A stretch of DNA of 64,000 nucleotides from the human T2T-CHM13v2.0 reference genome, Homo sapiens. How positions within the stretch are numbered: the stretch's first letter is position 1; each line of letters opens with the position of its first letter. Positions 1-14,770 of the stretch are shown here, piece by piece. Under the pieces are notes generated by a model. The model saw only the letters and a list, made by a program, of their open reading frames with translations. It was not told the origin of the DNA and searched no databases. The position numbers and the translations under genes were made by a program. The stretch is taken from contig CP068257.2 in the NCBI GenBank assembly GCA_009914755.4, forward strand, positions 32,160,001-32,224,000. Direction: 5' to 3'.

Positions 1-311
1 AATTCAACAGAGATATTGGTTTTTAGTGTTCTTCTAATATTCTTGTCTAGTTTTGATATCAGGGTAATGCTGGCCTCAGAAAATGAGTTGGAAAATATTC
101 CTTCCTCCTCTATTTTCTAAAAGTGTTTGTGTTGAAATAGCATTTCTTCTTTAAATTTTGGTGGCATTCACCAGTGAAGGCCTCTGGGCCTGGAGCTTTC
201 TTGAAGACTTAATTATAAAATTCATTATGCAGATATAGGGCTATTCTGATTTTCTTCTTCTCCTTGAATCTGTTTTGATTATCTGTCAATGAACTTGTTT
301 ATATTATCTAA

Positions 312-658
<347 letters not shown>

Positions 659-719
659 TATAATATTCTCTTATTGTATGTAAGTCTGTAGTATCTGTAG
701 TGATGTCTCTTCTTTCTTT

Positions 720-840
720 ACTGATATTGGTAATTTGTGTCCTCTCACTCTGTCTCCGTGCTTCCTTCTCCTTTTCCTTCCTAACCCCTTCTTCTCTCCT
801 TTCTCCTACTCTATCTCTCCTCCTTCTTCTTTTCTTGATC
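720..840. repeat. CT-rich polypyrimidine low-complexity tract
   Basis: ctctgtctccgtgcttccttctccttttccttcctaaccccttcttctctcctttctcctactctatctctcctccttcttcttttctt. Confidence 0.8.
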
Positions 841-1619
841 AGTCTATCTGGAGTTTGTTTATTTTTAAAAAATAAGTTCTTGGCTCTATTGATTTTTTTT
901 TTTTTAGTAAGCCCTTGGCTTTATTGATTTTCTCTGTGGTATGTCTGTTTTCTGCTTTATTTTTGTTCTTTTTCTCTTGTTTCTTCCATTTACTTATTTG
1001 GGGTTTAATTTTCTTTTCTCAAGCTTCATAAGGAGGAAGTTTAGATAATTGATTTTGGACCTTTCATCATTTTTGATACAAACATTTTAAGCTTTAAATG
1101 TCCATCTAAACACTGACATTGCCATATCCCACAAATTTTTAATATGTTGCATTTTCATATTTATTCAATTCAAAATCTTTTTTAAATTTTCTTTGTAATT
1201 TCTTCTAATTCTTTCACCTTTATTGAGATTTATGGCTCAGCATATGCTCTGTCTTGGGGAATATTCTATGGGCGCTTGAAAAGAATGTGCATGCTGTTGT
1301 AATTAGGTAGAGTGTTCCCTAAATATCAGTTAGATCAAGTTGATTCATGGTGGTCTTCAAGTCTCCTGTGTCTTGACTGATTTTGTGACTACTTTTATTA
1401 GCTACTGAGAGTGGAACACTGAAATCCTGATCATTGTGGATTTGTATATCTTCCTTTCATTTCTGTTCAATTATTGTTTCATGTACTTTGAAGTCCTAAG
1501 AAACTCCTTATACATTTGAAATTTGAGATTTGTAAAGGAAAAAGTACCAGAAGTTGATTGCTGGAAATTATTTTAAAATATTACAAAATGCATGCACCTT
1601 TTTAAAGTATATTTTTCTT

Positions 1620-1869
<250 letters not shown>

Positions 1870-3241
1870 AAGTGTATTTTTCTATGTGTTAACTCTCTTT
1901 ATGTGTCTTTTGTTAACTCTTGAGGTAAAGTTTCATAAAATATTCTCCTGGAAAATTTAGGGATGAAGGCCATGTGTTTATTAAACTAAGTATTATCACC
2001 TAATACTATATGACCAAGTACAATTTTTATTAAAGATTGATGTTTAGACTGTTCACTTATTGATAATATGATAAAAATCAAGATTCCCAAAAATGTAATG
2101 AAGTGAAAAATAAAACATTCTTTGAAGAAAGAAAAGTATGTAGTAGGTAATCAGATATTGGTTCCCTTTCTGTACAGGGATTAGCAGATACTTGCTTTGG
2201 AGATAAGTCAGATCTGATTTGTGTATTCTGTTTTATCAAGATTTTTTTTTCTGGTATGGATTATTCATAGGAGAAGATGCTTCTAAATTCTAGCTATTGA
2301 GTTAACTCTTTCTACCATTTAGACATGCATTACACAGAGATTTATTCCACATAAGCCAGTCTGTATCTAAAGGTGGTTATTCCAAAATGGACTGGTTTTT
2401 AGCTTCTGATGAAAAATTTTAATTAAGGCATTTTTAGTTTTTCAAACAAAAAGTCAATACATAGAGCTCATTTTTTATCAAGGTAAAAATAAAAGTCAAA
2501 TATTCTTTATTATAACCTAGGAAGGCTGCCATTTTACTGAAACATGCAGAAACTATACAGGATATTTTCGGCTAAATTTAAGCAGATACTGTTCTTGGCA
2601 AGTTAACCACAAAAATTCCAAACAGCCTGTGCAGTGTGGCTTAACTTTTTTCTTGTGTCAGTTAAAAAAATAGTTGCTTCAAAACTTTTGTGTACCTGTT
2701 TAAAATTCCATCCAGTGTGGTGGAAAAATATATACAGCAGCTAAGATTCTAGTTGTTAAAAATCTTTGATTTCTGTTTCTAACTTCAGGTATACGGTAAA
2801 CCTAAGTTCAGCCTTAGTAAGTATCAAAGTTCAGGATAGAGTAATAGGGTAGCTCCTATTTAGACCACTGAGTTAGTTTACAAACAGTAGGATCACTGCA
2901 TTTGCATTTGATCCCGGTGCCATTGGAAGATCATTGCTTCAATTTATCTCTGTGGAGTAGTACTTAATGTACATTTTTTGAAGCTTATAAATATCCGGTA
3001 AGTCAACAAAAATATAAGAAATATCAGGGAAGCTATAACTGTGTAGGGAAAAGCATTTGGCAAACAGAGTTAATTTCTTGGAAAGAAAGCAGGAGCCACA
3101 CCTAATTAATAATTAAATGCAGCTTCACCATGCAGGATTTGGGAAGAGTCTGAGAAAACTGACTTAAGCTCTGCCTGGATCTTAATGTAGATGTGGTAGC
3201 CTTCCCTGTCATTCATTACTATTTTCCTCCTTCCTTCCCAG

Positions 3242-3329
3242 GAATCTCAGCAAATGCTTGGAAGACTTATTCCAGAAAAACAGATACTCAATGACCAATT
3301 AAAACAAGTTCAGCAGAACAGTTTGCACA
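3242..3329 (+). CDS. ITSN1: ITSN1 coding exon in the coiled-coil region: [29 protein letters not shown](+A)
   Basis: Polypyrimidine tract ttcctccttccttcccAG precedes the exon. The exon is open in frame. The donor is GTAGGT at 3330. The split R codon is completed by the next exon (A|GA). Confidence 0.85.
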
Positions 3330-3366
3330 GTAGGTGTTTTATTTTTAAAGTTGACCTTTTCTTTAT

Positions 3367-3659
3367 TCTTTCTTTTTTTGACATGGAGTCTCACTCTGTC
3401 CCCCAGGCTGGAGTGCAGTGGCGCAATCTCGGCCAACTGTAACCTCCGCCTCCCGGGTTCAAGATTCTCTTGCCTCAGCCTCCCAAGTAGCTGGGACTAC
3501 AGGTGCATGCCACCACAGCCAGCTAGTTTTTGTATTTTTAGTAGAGATGGGGTTTCACTATATTGGCCAGGCTGGTCTCGAACTCCTGACCCCAGGTGAT
3601 CCATCCACTTTGGTTCCCCAAAGTGCTGGGATTACAGGTGTAGGCCACCGCACCCAGCC
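3367..3659 (-). mobile_element. Alu, antisense, 38 bp downstream of the 3329 exon's donor
   Basis: Poly-T followed by gacatggagtctcactctgtcccccaggctggagtgcagtggcg, ending ...ggccaccgcacccagcc. Confidence 0.93.
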
Positions 3660-3774
3660 TTTTCTTATTTTTTAACCAGCAAGAATTTCCTTAAGTGAAA
3701 TGAGAACATTAAAAAACATTTTCCTCACTGCAAATTAAAGTTTTTCTTATCTTTGCGACGTTTTTCTAAAATAG

Positions 3775-3914
3775 GAGATTCACTTGTTACACTTAAAAGA
3801 GCCTTAGAAGCAAAAGAACTAGCTCGGCAGCACCTACGAGACCAACTGGATGAAGTGGAGAAAGAAACTAGATCAAAACTACAGGAGATTGATATTTTCA
3901 ATAATCAGCTGAAG
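3775..3914 (+). CDS. ITSN1: ITSN1 coding exon: (R)[46 protein letters not shown]
   Basis: Acceptor is tttttctaaaatAG. It enters in phase 2 (GA completes AGA). Donor is GTAACT at 3915. The protein is contiguous with the previous exon. Confidence 0.88.
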
Positions 3915-4524
3915 GTAACTCTTCTATGTGTGCCTGCATGTGTGTCCTACCTTTAATTTTTTTAACTGTCCAAATGATTAGTTGCTATTTAATCACAGGC
4001 AGAAAAATTTATTATGCCATTGTGAGACAATCTAAATTGCACTTTTCTCCTTGAAAATATAAGAATGAATTTGGCATCTATAAATTAGGGCTGAATGAGT
4101 GGCCCCAGCATGACATCTATTTTTAACCTGAATCATATTTTGACACATCTCCATTCTTTTGTCTGTTTATAGTCACATCAAGTTGATTCCAAAAGCTTTA
4201 TCTTTCTTATGTTCTTTGAATACTACTAAAAGGGATTGTTTTCTTTTTTAAAACTAAGAATTTTTCTGCCACTTCTTATCTTCATTGCGCTTAAATGTAG
4301 ATCTTTATTTTGTTACCTCATTTTTAAATCTTACTGTTTTAGTGGAGTAATTGCTTTTGTCTCTTGTGGCAGAAGTGGTGTATGGTTTTGTCACATTTGC
4401 ACAGTAAAATTGGGAAAATGCCAAAACTCTGAGGAAATGTAAAATGGTTAGATCACAGCCTTTTTCAGATTTGGTGTTTCTGATTTAACTTTACAACTGT
4501 ATCATCTTAAGAATGTTAATTCTT

Positions 4525-4828
<304 letters not shown>

Positions 4829-5973
4829 TTAAAATCAGAACACAAACAGTTTATTTCTTATAAACAATCATATACTACTTTAGATGTATGTAGATATTAG
4901 CATTTTTGTTATTCTTATAAGAAATTGGATGTTATACTTTTTTCCCCTCCAAATATTTGTTTTCCTTTTCTAACATAAAATTCTTTTTAAGCCAATTCAG
5001 CTTTTGACAGTGGGAAGAAGTAAAACTCCTATTCTATAATTCTAAAAACAAAATTAAAAATTAGCATATTTGAAACTTTTATAATAGTTGACCTTTGGAT
5101 TGAGATTCTAGGCCAAATTGTCTAGACATCTGAGTTTGAGGTATGTGTGCTGTTCTTTCAGAGTATTAGGTAATGATCTTTTCTCAATTGTACGATTCCA
5201 GGAAAGTGCTCTTAGGGGAAATATTATTTGAGCCAACTTAGTGTTTTTCTTCACTTTGCTTTCATGCTTACATGGTGTGTGTTTGTGTGTACACTATATA
5301 TGTTCTATATTCATGCATATATGATTATGTGTGGTATGTCAGTATTGGAAGTACAGCTGTAAATTAACCATCTCTAGAATAAGTGCAATTAGAAACAAAA
5401 AAACAAAAAAGAATAAGTTCAATTAAAGTATGCTCACATTAACTTTCATTGTCACTTGTCTCTTTTATAAGCAAAAAAAAAAAAAAAATAGCACTGTTGC
5501 AAAGCCTATGTTGCTTTTTAATAGTCTCTTGGGATATAAACTGTTAAATATTAAGCTCTCTTCTGAACCCAGGCAGTAGTCCAGATTTGTGCCTTCACAT
5601 TGATTCTTTTTCTAGAAATTTGACTCCCCTAAAAAAGGTTCAGGTATTAGAAAATGATACTCTAGTGAGAGGCTTTTGATAAATGTCTAGAAGATTAAAT
5701 AATTTTGGTGATTGAATTTCTGTTGCCATTACTAAAGAGAACACCCTTAATATGTGGCGAGTCACCCCTACTTTGTTTAATTGACTATGGCTGCTTTCAG
5801 TATCACAGAGTTTCTTACATAAAGGCCAATTTTAGCCCCCTTTTCCACTAGCCCTTTTTCCAAATATGCTTATTTTTAAATAAGAGTATTTCTTCTTGTT
5901 TTTTAATTTTAATTTTGGCTTTCTCTTATTAACTTTAATTAATATGATGAGTTTAAAAAAAATCACAGGTCAG

Positions 5974-6088
5974 GTCGGGTGTGGTGGCATGTGCCTGTAA
6001 TCCCAGCACTTTGGGAGGCAGGTGGATCACTTGAGCAAGTGGATCATTCGAGACTAGCCTGGGCAAAAGGGTGAAGCCCTGTCTCTAC

Positions 6089-6139
<51 letters not shown>

Positions 6140-6309
6140 CAGGTATGGTGGCATGTGCCTGTAGTCCCAGCTACTTGGGAAGCTGAGGTCAGAGAATCAC
6201 TTGAGTCTGGGAGGTTGGGGCTGCAGTGAGCCATGATTGTGTCACTGCACTCCTGCCTGGGCAACAGAGTGAGACCCTGTCTCAAAAAACAAACAAACAA
6301 AACAGTAAA
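5974..6309 (+). mobile_element. Old Alu (J-like) whose middle A-rich linker is replaced by an (AC)22 microsatellite
   Basis: Both the left and right Alu monomers are recognisable. The TSD aaatcacaggtcag lies at about 5960..5973 and 6310..6323. Confidence 0.9.
6092..6135. repeat. (AC)22 dinucleotide microsatellite inside the Alu linker
   Basis: An uninterrupted run of acacac... spans the interval. Confidence 0.95.
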
Positions 6310-9300
6310 CAAATCACAGGTCAGTATAACTATATTGTTTTGTTATTTAACACGCATTTGGAGGACTTAGTGAATATGTTGTGTTATGGTTATTATCTCT
6401 AGTATTCCTCTCAAACCTGATAAAGCCAAAACAAACAATTAAATTGGAGAATCAAAAGATTTATAGAATTTGATTGAGACAACTCAGAGATGGATTTATC
6501 ATTTAGTCTCTTAAGTGTCACTTGCCCACTTTTCTTTGTTGTAGCCACACTGGAAAATGAAATACTTTTTTTGTAACTTTAGAGCATGTGTCCATTAGCA
6601 ACCATGTTTTCTTGGATGAAGAGATAGGCCAGGAGGAGCCAGTCTCCTGACTCTTGGGGTTTCTTCAGTGCCCCTCTTGATCGGCAGTGCCTTTAGAGCA
6701 TCCACGCTGTTGATGCAAAAATTACTTCTGCCTTCCTGGGATGTGTCATTTCACACATCTAACCTGATAGTGTGAATTTGTTGTATCCTAAACCTTCCTT
6801 TCCCTAAAGGAAGCCAGCTGGAGAGTACAGAAAAGAAATTAGGGCTTCCTGTTCTTTTGTATTTCATGTTCACGTAGATTGTTCACCTGGAAGAAGGAAA
6901 TGCAGTTCCCTCATTATAGGTTAGTACTGTAACACTGGAGGAATACCTTACAGAGTACAGAATTTTAAAATTAGTTGATCAGGATACTAAATCTATATTA
7001 AGTGGCTGGCTCCACAAATGAGGATAACATTTAACAAAAATTGATTCTCACTATTTTGGGTAAATTGCAATAAGTCATTCACCTACTTTGATGCATGCTC
7101 AGAGTTATGTCCAGTTTCTTAGGTATAAAGGTAATACAGGGAATAATCGTACCCTGGTTCAGCCCAGATTCTGAGTTATAAGACAGTGATTAGGAAGTAT
7201 AGGAAGCGTATTTAGTCAAAAAACTAAATACACTTATACTTTCCTTTTCTTTTAACATACAATCTGATTTAGTTCTTTCTCTAGAATGTCTTGCTCAGAT
7301 TAATTTGTCTTTTGTGGGTTTCTCCCATTTTCTTCAGTTCAGGAAGAATTCCTTCCTTCCCTACCCAAAATCTGATAAGCAAAGATAGAAATTCTCAAAG
7401 CATTAATTAAAGAGGAAAAAGTTACAGGTTAACAGGTATTTGTCTCGTATAGGAAGCAACCTGTTGAAAACATAAGGCATACTTATAATCGTGATCTTCT
7501 GTTAAATGGCTCCATATTCAAAGTCGTGGGCCTTTAAGTTTCTACCTAATCCATGGAAATTGAAGGCTCATTTTTTGTTTTCCAAAAAAGGCTGTTTTTC
7601 CATGCGTTTTAATAGATATTTACCTTTTAGGTGTCATATTTATATATTCAAAAAAAGATCCTAAGATGTAAATATCTTTCTATTTACCACCCAAACCAAT
7701 AATTACTTGAGAAAGGAAACAGGAATCTTACTGTAGCAAATAAACTTTGCTTTTGGGTTTTAAATAAGTCTGTAAAAACAGGGAGGGTGGGAGAAGAGGA
7801 GAAACGATAGCACCCTGAAATATTGAAGCTCTTATCCTACAAATTCCCCAATTGGCAGCCTTTGTACTTATGCTGCCCTTGCTATGCATGATAAATTTTA
7901 GGTTTTTGATTATCAAATGAAATATTTGAACAGTGAATTAACCAGGAATAATTAATTTTATTGTGATTATTGCTAGCATGAATTAGTACATCTTAAAATA
8001 GTTTTAATTCAGTGGGTAAAATTTATTTACCATTAATTTCTGCTTTTAAAATGTGTTCTGTATGTAACAAATACCTTATTAAGAAATCGGTAGTCTTCTC
8101 AGATCCACGTTCTAGAAACAACAATTTAAAATTATTATCTATGACTTCTACTTCAGTTTACATGAAAATTAAAACTCCCAACTTTTTTGGAGACTCTGTG
8201 TACCAAAAGGGTAGTTTTTCTTACACACAGTGCTTACCTATAGGCATAAAATTATGATTCAAACAAGTGTTAAATAACATTACTGCTAGGACTTTTTGGA
8301 CAGTAGCACCTGACTTTACCTTGACCTTGGCGATGTCAGTAGTTACTGTAGCAGTTTTCCTTGGCACTGACAGCCTAATGTTCCATATTTTAATGTCTTA
8401 GCTCTAAGATGGAGCAGCAGCACAAAGTACAGCTTGTAGTTTTCCAGGCTCCTTTAAGAGGTCAAATAAGGAGAATCCAACACCCAACGGAGCTAGATTT
8501 TATGTTTCATGTTGAAAAGTTGAGTCCTTGTTGGTTCCTGTCTAGTCAGTGTGTACTGGACAAGTCCTAATGTGAATGGCCGTTTACATTTGAGCATTTC
8601 TTTCTTCCAGTCAGTGGCAATGGAGGAGGCAGTGTTGCAGTGCCTGGCAGTTCTCCTGGGCTGCGTCATCCACTTAGACTTCTTTCTAAAGGTCTCCATG
8701 CCCTACTCAGGCAATGCACATCTTTCTCAGACTAAGAATGATGAACCATCTCCAGCTCTGTGCTTCAGTTTCCCCTGCGCAGATGAGTGCTCAGTGTCTA
8801 AGATAGCATTTACCATGAAGTACTAAGCCTTCTTTATAAAAGTTAATTACTAGTTATTATTAATCGTGGAGTATGATTGATTCTTTCCTATTGACGAGTT
8901 GCGTGTGTGTATGGTGGTGTAAACTGAATTACAGGCTGGACAAGGTACTGTATACTGTAGTCTTGTCTTTTTAACAAGCATTTTAGATCATTGAATTTGA
9001 GCTTGTCTGCAAAAATGTGAAAGCGCTCAGTTGTTATTTGGGTCATGTGCATGTTTCCATCATGGGAGACATACTGTGATCAGTATACTATTCCAAATGT
9101 GTATAGCATTTTATTTTCTAGCAAAGTTTGAATATTTAAGACTAATTCACAATTATGATTTAATTCCTTAGTATACTTGGGAAATCCAGGCTTCTAAAAT
9201 TAGACACAAGAGGCTGTTAGAAATATAAATTCTCCCCATAATGCTACCTGTTCTAAAAATTGCTCTTAGAACCGAATCGATGTTGAAATGAGAAGGCCAG

Positions 9301-10229
9301 TTGTAGTAAATGAGGTTGTTTGCTTAACTAAAGCCTTTATACTCTTGGTTTCAGACACTAGCTTTCATGGGAGGCTCATTCATTATGAAGGCAGTGAAAG
9401 GCAAAATGTTTAGCAACCAGAGGAAAAAAGAAAAGAGCTGGAGAAAGAACTGCAGAACAGAGTAAGAAGTCAGGGAAAAAAATGCTTGTGAAGGGAAACA
9501 ATGAAGGAAGGAGAAAGACTCAGAAAGAGGAGGCACAGAGACAGTGAGAGAAATCAGTATGAATTCAAATAGCCATGTTGCTTTGTCATAATTAGTAGAA
9601 TAATGTTTGGTTCTTTCATTCTGTTCAAGCTAAAATTTTATTTTTACCTATATGATCCTTTGGAAAAGACCTCTTATGCACAGAAGTAATAAAGTGCTCT
9701 AACTCTCATTCTGTCAGATTCTGTGCCATACCAGTAGGCTGCTTGGTTGAGTTTTTTAGTTACAGCATGGGTTTTTTTTCTTTTTAAGGTTGTAAAAATT
9801 TAATAAAAGATAATTTGGGAAAGGGTTAAGAAGAACTCAGTCTTTTGAAAAAATACTTTCTTCTCTTAATGGAATATTGCTTTGTGACTGAAGCAGACAC
9901 TTTGAGGGAAATTCAGATTTTCAGGACAAAATGGAATCAGTTTTCTCTTTCTGGTAATGCTTCCCAAGGGTACTTCCCAAAGCCTCATGGCAGAGGGTGT
10001 CTGATTACCTATTACTATTGCAGAGAGGACAAGAGCTTCTAGCTCTTCTGCCCACCTCCTTCCACACACACACCTTGCTCCAATCTCCCTTAGCACTTGT
10101 GACACATTGACTACCATTTTGTGCCATGGGAAATAGTCTTATTATTTTGTTAAATACTGACTTCAAATTTAAATTTTTGAACATGTTTTCAAACAGTATA
10201 TCCCATTTCAGAATTTAAATAACCAGTCA

Positions 10230-10533
10230 GGCCAGGTGCAGTGGCTCATGCCTATAATCCTAACACTTTGGGAGTTCGAGGCGAGTGGATCACTTGAGGT
10301 CAGGAGTTTGAGACCAGCCTGGCCAACATGGCAAAATCCTGTCTCTACTAAAAATACAAAAATTGGCTGGGTGTGGTGGCATGCACCTGTAATCCCAGCT
10401 GCTCGGGAGGCTGAGGCAGGAGAATCACTTGAACTTCATCACGGCAGAGGATGCAGAGAGCCAAGATCATGCCACTGCATCCCAGCCTGGGCAACAGAGC
10501 AAGACTCCATCTCAAATAAATAAATAAATGAAT
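10230..10533 (+). mobile_element. Alu, sense, with an (AAAT)n tail
   Basis: Starts ggccaggtgcagtggctcatgcctataatcc and ends with the tail aaataaataaataaatgaataa. The flanks aaccagtcag and aaccaatcag form a TSD-like pair. Confidence 0.93.
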
Positions 10534-10602
10534 AACCAATCAGTATATATTTTTCTGTATAGTCCTCTCAGTTTTAATGCATCGAGAATGAATAAATGTA
10601 GC

Positions 10603-10745
10603 CTGGTACAGTGACATATATCTCAGGAGGCTGAGGTGGGAGGATCACATGAAGCCAGACGTTCAAGGCTATGATCGTGCCTGTGAGTAGCCGCTGTACT
10701 CCAGCCTGGACAACACATGTCTCTAAATAAATAAATTTTTTAAAT
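10603..10745 (+). mobile_element. Free Alu-monomer-like fragment (FRAM/FLAM-like)
   Basis: The run ggaggctgaggtgggaggatcac...tgtactccagcctggacaacacatgtctc, followed by an A-rich tail, is a single Alu arm only. Confidence 0.6.
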
Positions 10746-13700
10746 GAATGAATAAATTTATAATTTTATGATAAATGGGCTATCAGTTTACCTTGATTTG
10801 GGTATAGTTTCTGTGTTCTGAAATCGTTATTTTTCAAAATTTTCCATACAGGCACAAGTTCTCACCTCATGGGGTTTGTTAACTGGCCTTCTTTAATAGC
10901 TCTTCATTTGTTTCACAACCACTTAATTTGAAAAAGTTAATGTATTTTAAAACTCCAAAGGCCTTCTATAAATTTTGATACCGTATACTACATATTATCC
11001 CTAGGTGAGAAATAATGTTTATTTACAGAAAAGCACTTCTACTTTGGACTTTTTATGGATGTGATATTATAGATAAACACCTGAAATTTCTGATGCTGGT
11101 AGCTACATCATTTTTTAATGAGGTCAATTTAATATTAACAGTATGAAGATTATTATAAATGTTATATGTGAGCTAAATAATTTTATCTTGATTTATGGTT
11201 TTGAGTTCATGAAATTTAAGTAATTAAGTTATGTTTGTTTTTGTCTCTCATTTCCAAGAGACATCCTGAGGCGAACCAAAAGCAAAATCCTTCAAAAAAG
11301 TTAAATATCTAAATCAGTAAATACATTTCCATTAACTGCTGGTCTCCTTTCATAGACCCCTGTTGCTATTTTTTTCTCTTCATATACATTATGCAAAGTA
11401 ATGTTTGTGAAAAGGAATCCTATATATTGTTCAGGCGCATGCTACTTTATATTTCAAGTAATATTGTTTCACATAATACATGTATTTTTGAGTGTCTCTA
11501 AGACCAGATGAAGGAGAAACAGTCACAGTTATTAAATCAAGTGATTCTGTGCCTTTTAGCTTAGCAATAGAACAAACTTCTTCAGTAAACCTGAGCCACA
11601 TTTCTCAGGGGAAAAATAGTTGGATTTTCTTGGGTATTCAATTTGTCAAACAGATTGCTTTTGAAATACTTTGGCTCTGTGCCATAGGATGTCCAAAGAT
11701 GTTTTATGGTTCAAATATCTTAGTTCTTTAGGGGAAATAAGTGACTTTTCCCTCTTTGGTCTAGGGAAGAAAATTAAAAGCAAGTTGATTTTCGTTTATC
11801 TTAACTAATACAAAACAGAATCTTGATATGCCAGTAATTTGTTATTGTGGTTCATGAGCTGTGCTTGATCAAAGACCCCTTGAGACTAATAAAAGCTGTG
11901 AGCTTTCTCCACCAGAAAAATGCCCATATACCCCAAGTCTGCATGCAACATAGTATCCACAGGGCTGAAGCTTATTCATGGAACCTGGTTAAGAAACTCT
12001 GTATTTTCATGATTCTGCATAAATTGTGATTTTTTAAAAAAAACTTATTTTAATATTTAATATTAATATTTAATATATGTGTGTAGTATATATACTACAC
12101 ATTTTATAGTTTTATTTTTTCTGCATAAGTATTTGTTACATGCAGCTACAATTTCTTGACTACTTAATAATTTCTTATTTAAGAAAGTACTGTAATTATG
12201 TTTTATTGGAAGATAATATCAAATTATTACATACTCTACCTAGTGTAAAACATGTCATACACTTGAATAGAATTCATAAAAGAAAAATCAACAAAGTTGT
12301 ACACTCCGTACTATATTGCTAGATTAATATCCATCCAAGAAACAAGTTTTTGTAGAATTACTGGTTTTAGAAAAAAAAATCACTTAACTTTAGGAAGAAC
12401 CGAGTGAGATACTGACTTTTGATTCGTGGTAATTTGTTTGTTTTCTTTCTGTTATAATAGCAAAATAACTGTGACAAATTCCATGTGGATTTAATAGAAT
12501 TTGCAGGGTCATTTAAATCAAGTTGCCTACCAGGAAATGTTGATACTTTCAGTGTGGTGAAATTTTCCTTAGCCATTTCCCCCAATAATTTGCTCATTTC
12601 CTAGATATGTAATTTAATGGCACTAGATTTGTTTGTCACTTTGAATTTTTTTCTTTCTGAAGGAGTTAAAAGGATACTTCTTAATAACTGTAACTGTACT
12701 TGAGTCTCTTTAATAGTATGGAGAAGAATGAGAGAATAGTGTAGCCATCTGCTCCCCTATGTGAAAGGACTGGGTATTCTACAAGGACTTTGTTCTGGCA
12801 AAGGAAGGAGAGTCATTCACTCATTTTTTTAAGAGTATATATTTCTTCATTCTATAGATTGCCTTCTCGGAAGTTCAACTTTTTAAAAAGCTTATCAACT
12901 TAGAAATCATCCATGTTCTGCTTATGTTGATTCATGCCATAGTAAACTCTTTAAGTCCAAGAAAAGAGAAGACCCAGAATGCCTGCCTCTGGGCAGCATG
13001 TTGATTTCCTTACAACTGTGTATCTCAGCAGTGTTTGACTTGGATGAAGGAAATGATAGAAAAACTTTGCCATCTTGAAATCTGGATCATAAGGTGCCAG
13101 AGCCTTCTGTTAGCTTATTTGTCGTCTGTTATTTTATGGTTCCTGCAAGCTCCATTCCTTGGAGGTGCTTGAAACTGCAACTTACATAATCAGTTCCTAA
13201 GATCGGTTCAAATACTGCTATACTCAAAAACAAGTGTGTTTAAAAAATTTAAGTATCTTTTTTCATGTATTTGATACATTTAAAAATTATTTTTGAAACT
13301 GTGTCATAGGTAGGTTTTTTTTCTGTAGATTCTTCAAAATCACTTTTTCTTACAAGCTTTTCAATTTTATAGTCTCTCCTAATGTATTACTAGCTTTACT
13401 TAAATCCGGTAATCAATGATCTATAAATCCATATCCAGTTACAAGAGCCTAGTATAGAAAGGAAATGTGCGGTATAATTCTTGGGGAAAAATGAAAAATC
13501 TTCATTTGTGCCTATGGGCTATCTATTATAGTATGTTGATACATCATGGCCAGTGTCCATTCTGGTTGTGCAGTACCTGTTGTTGAATATTTTGAATATC
13601 ACTCATGAATACATTTTTTCCTGGATGAAATAAGGACTTTTCTTTATTTAATATATAATCAGATTCCTGAACATCAAGCTGAAATGTTATTTCTCTTCCG

Positions 13701-13898
13701 GCATTTCTTACTCCTTTGTAGGGTTTAATTTCAGCTCAGGGTTATTTTGCTTATGCTTTTTTCACTTATTCTTGCAGTTAAGAATAAAATTCTAAATAAA
13801 ACAGATACTGAAATAAATAAATACTTTATTTGTTTGTTAGACATTGTGATGAACAATGTCTAAGATTTATCAGATCCCAAAACTAGAAGAACACCTAA

Positions 13899-14199
<301 letters not shown>

Positions 14200-14619
14200 T
14201 GGCGTAACTTTTAAGTATAGTCTTTTGCTGTAAATTATTTTTTCTGAACCTATTTAAGAATTTGATGGTCTTGAAAATGAAATTTTCATTCATATTATTA
14301 CTGATTATTTATTCTTGATTCCAGGTTACTATGAAAACCAGTACTACTGATTTTTTAACACATTAAAATTAAGTTTTACATCCCTTGGTATGGCAGTGAG
14401 AAAGATGATGAAAAATGGACTTCTTTCTCCCTAGGGTTGATTTTCTGATCTCAGCACTTTAAACAGTCAGTGTGAGGCTGCATCATTGCTTTCCAGTCTT
14501 AGCCTTCTTTTCCCCTTCCCTCTGTTCCACATGTCAGGTCTGCTGCCATAGGGAACAGTCCAATTTGTGCCTTACAAAGGTACCTTTTCCTGCTGTGTCC
14601 TGCCTGGATGTTCCCAGTG

Positions 14620-14770
14620 TCATCTGCTAGGTTCCCTACTGAAGCCCCTTCTTCCTTTCTTTTTCCTCCTTCCCCCTTCCTTCCTTTCCTTTTTTCCTTC
14701 TTCCCTTCTTCTCCATTTTCCCCTTCCCCTTTTCCTCCAGTACCTTCCTCTTCCTAAGTACCTCCCCCCA
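14620..14770. repeat. CT-rich polypyrimidine low-complexity tract
   Basis: cttcttcctttctttttcctccttcccccttccttcctttccttttttccttcttcccttcttctccattttccccttcccc... Confidence 0.8.

Noticed and set aside
2150-2200. Possible small exon (tttctgtacAG|GGATTAGCAGATACTTGCTTTGGAGATAAG) upstream of the first recognised exon
   Set aside because: Its translation (GLADTCFGDK) does not resemble coiled-coil ITSN1 sequence, and no donor in phase with the 3242 exon was found.
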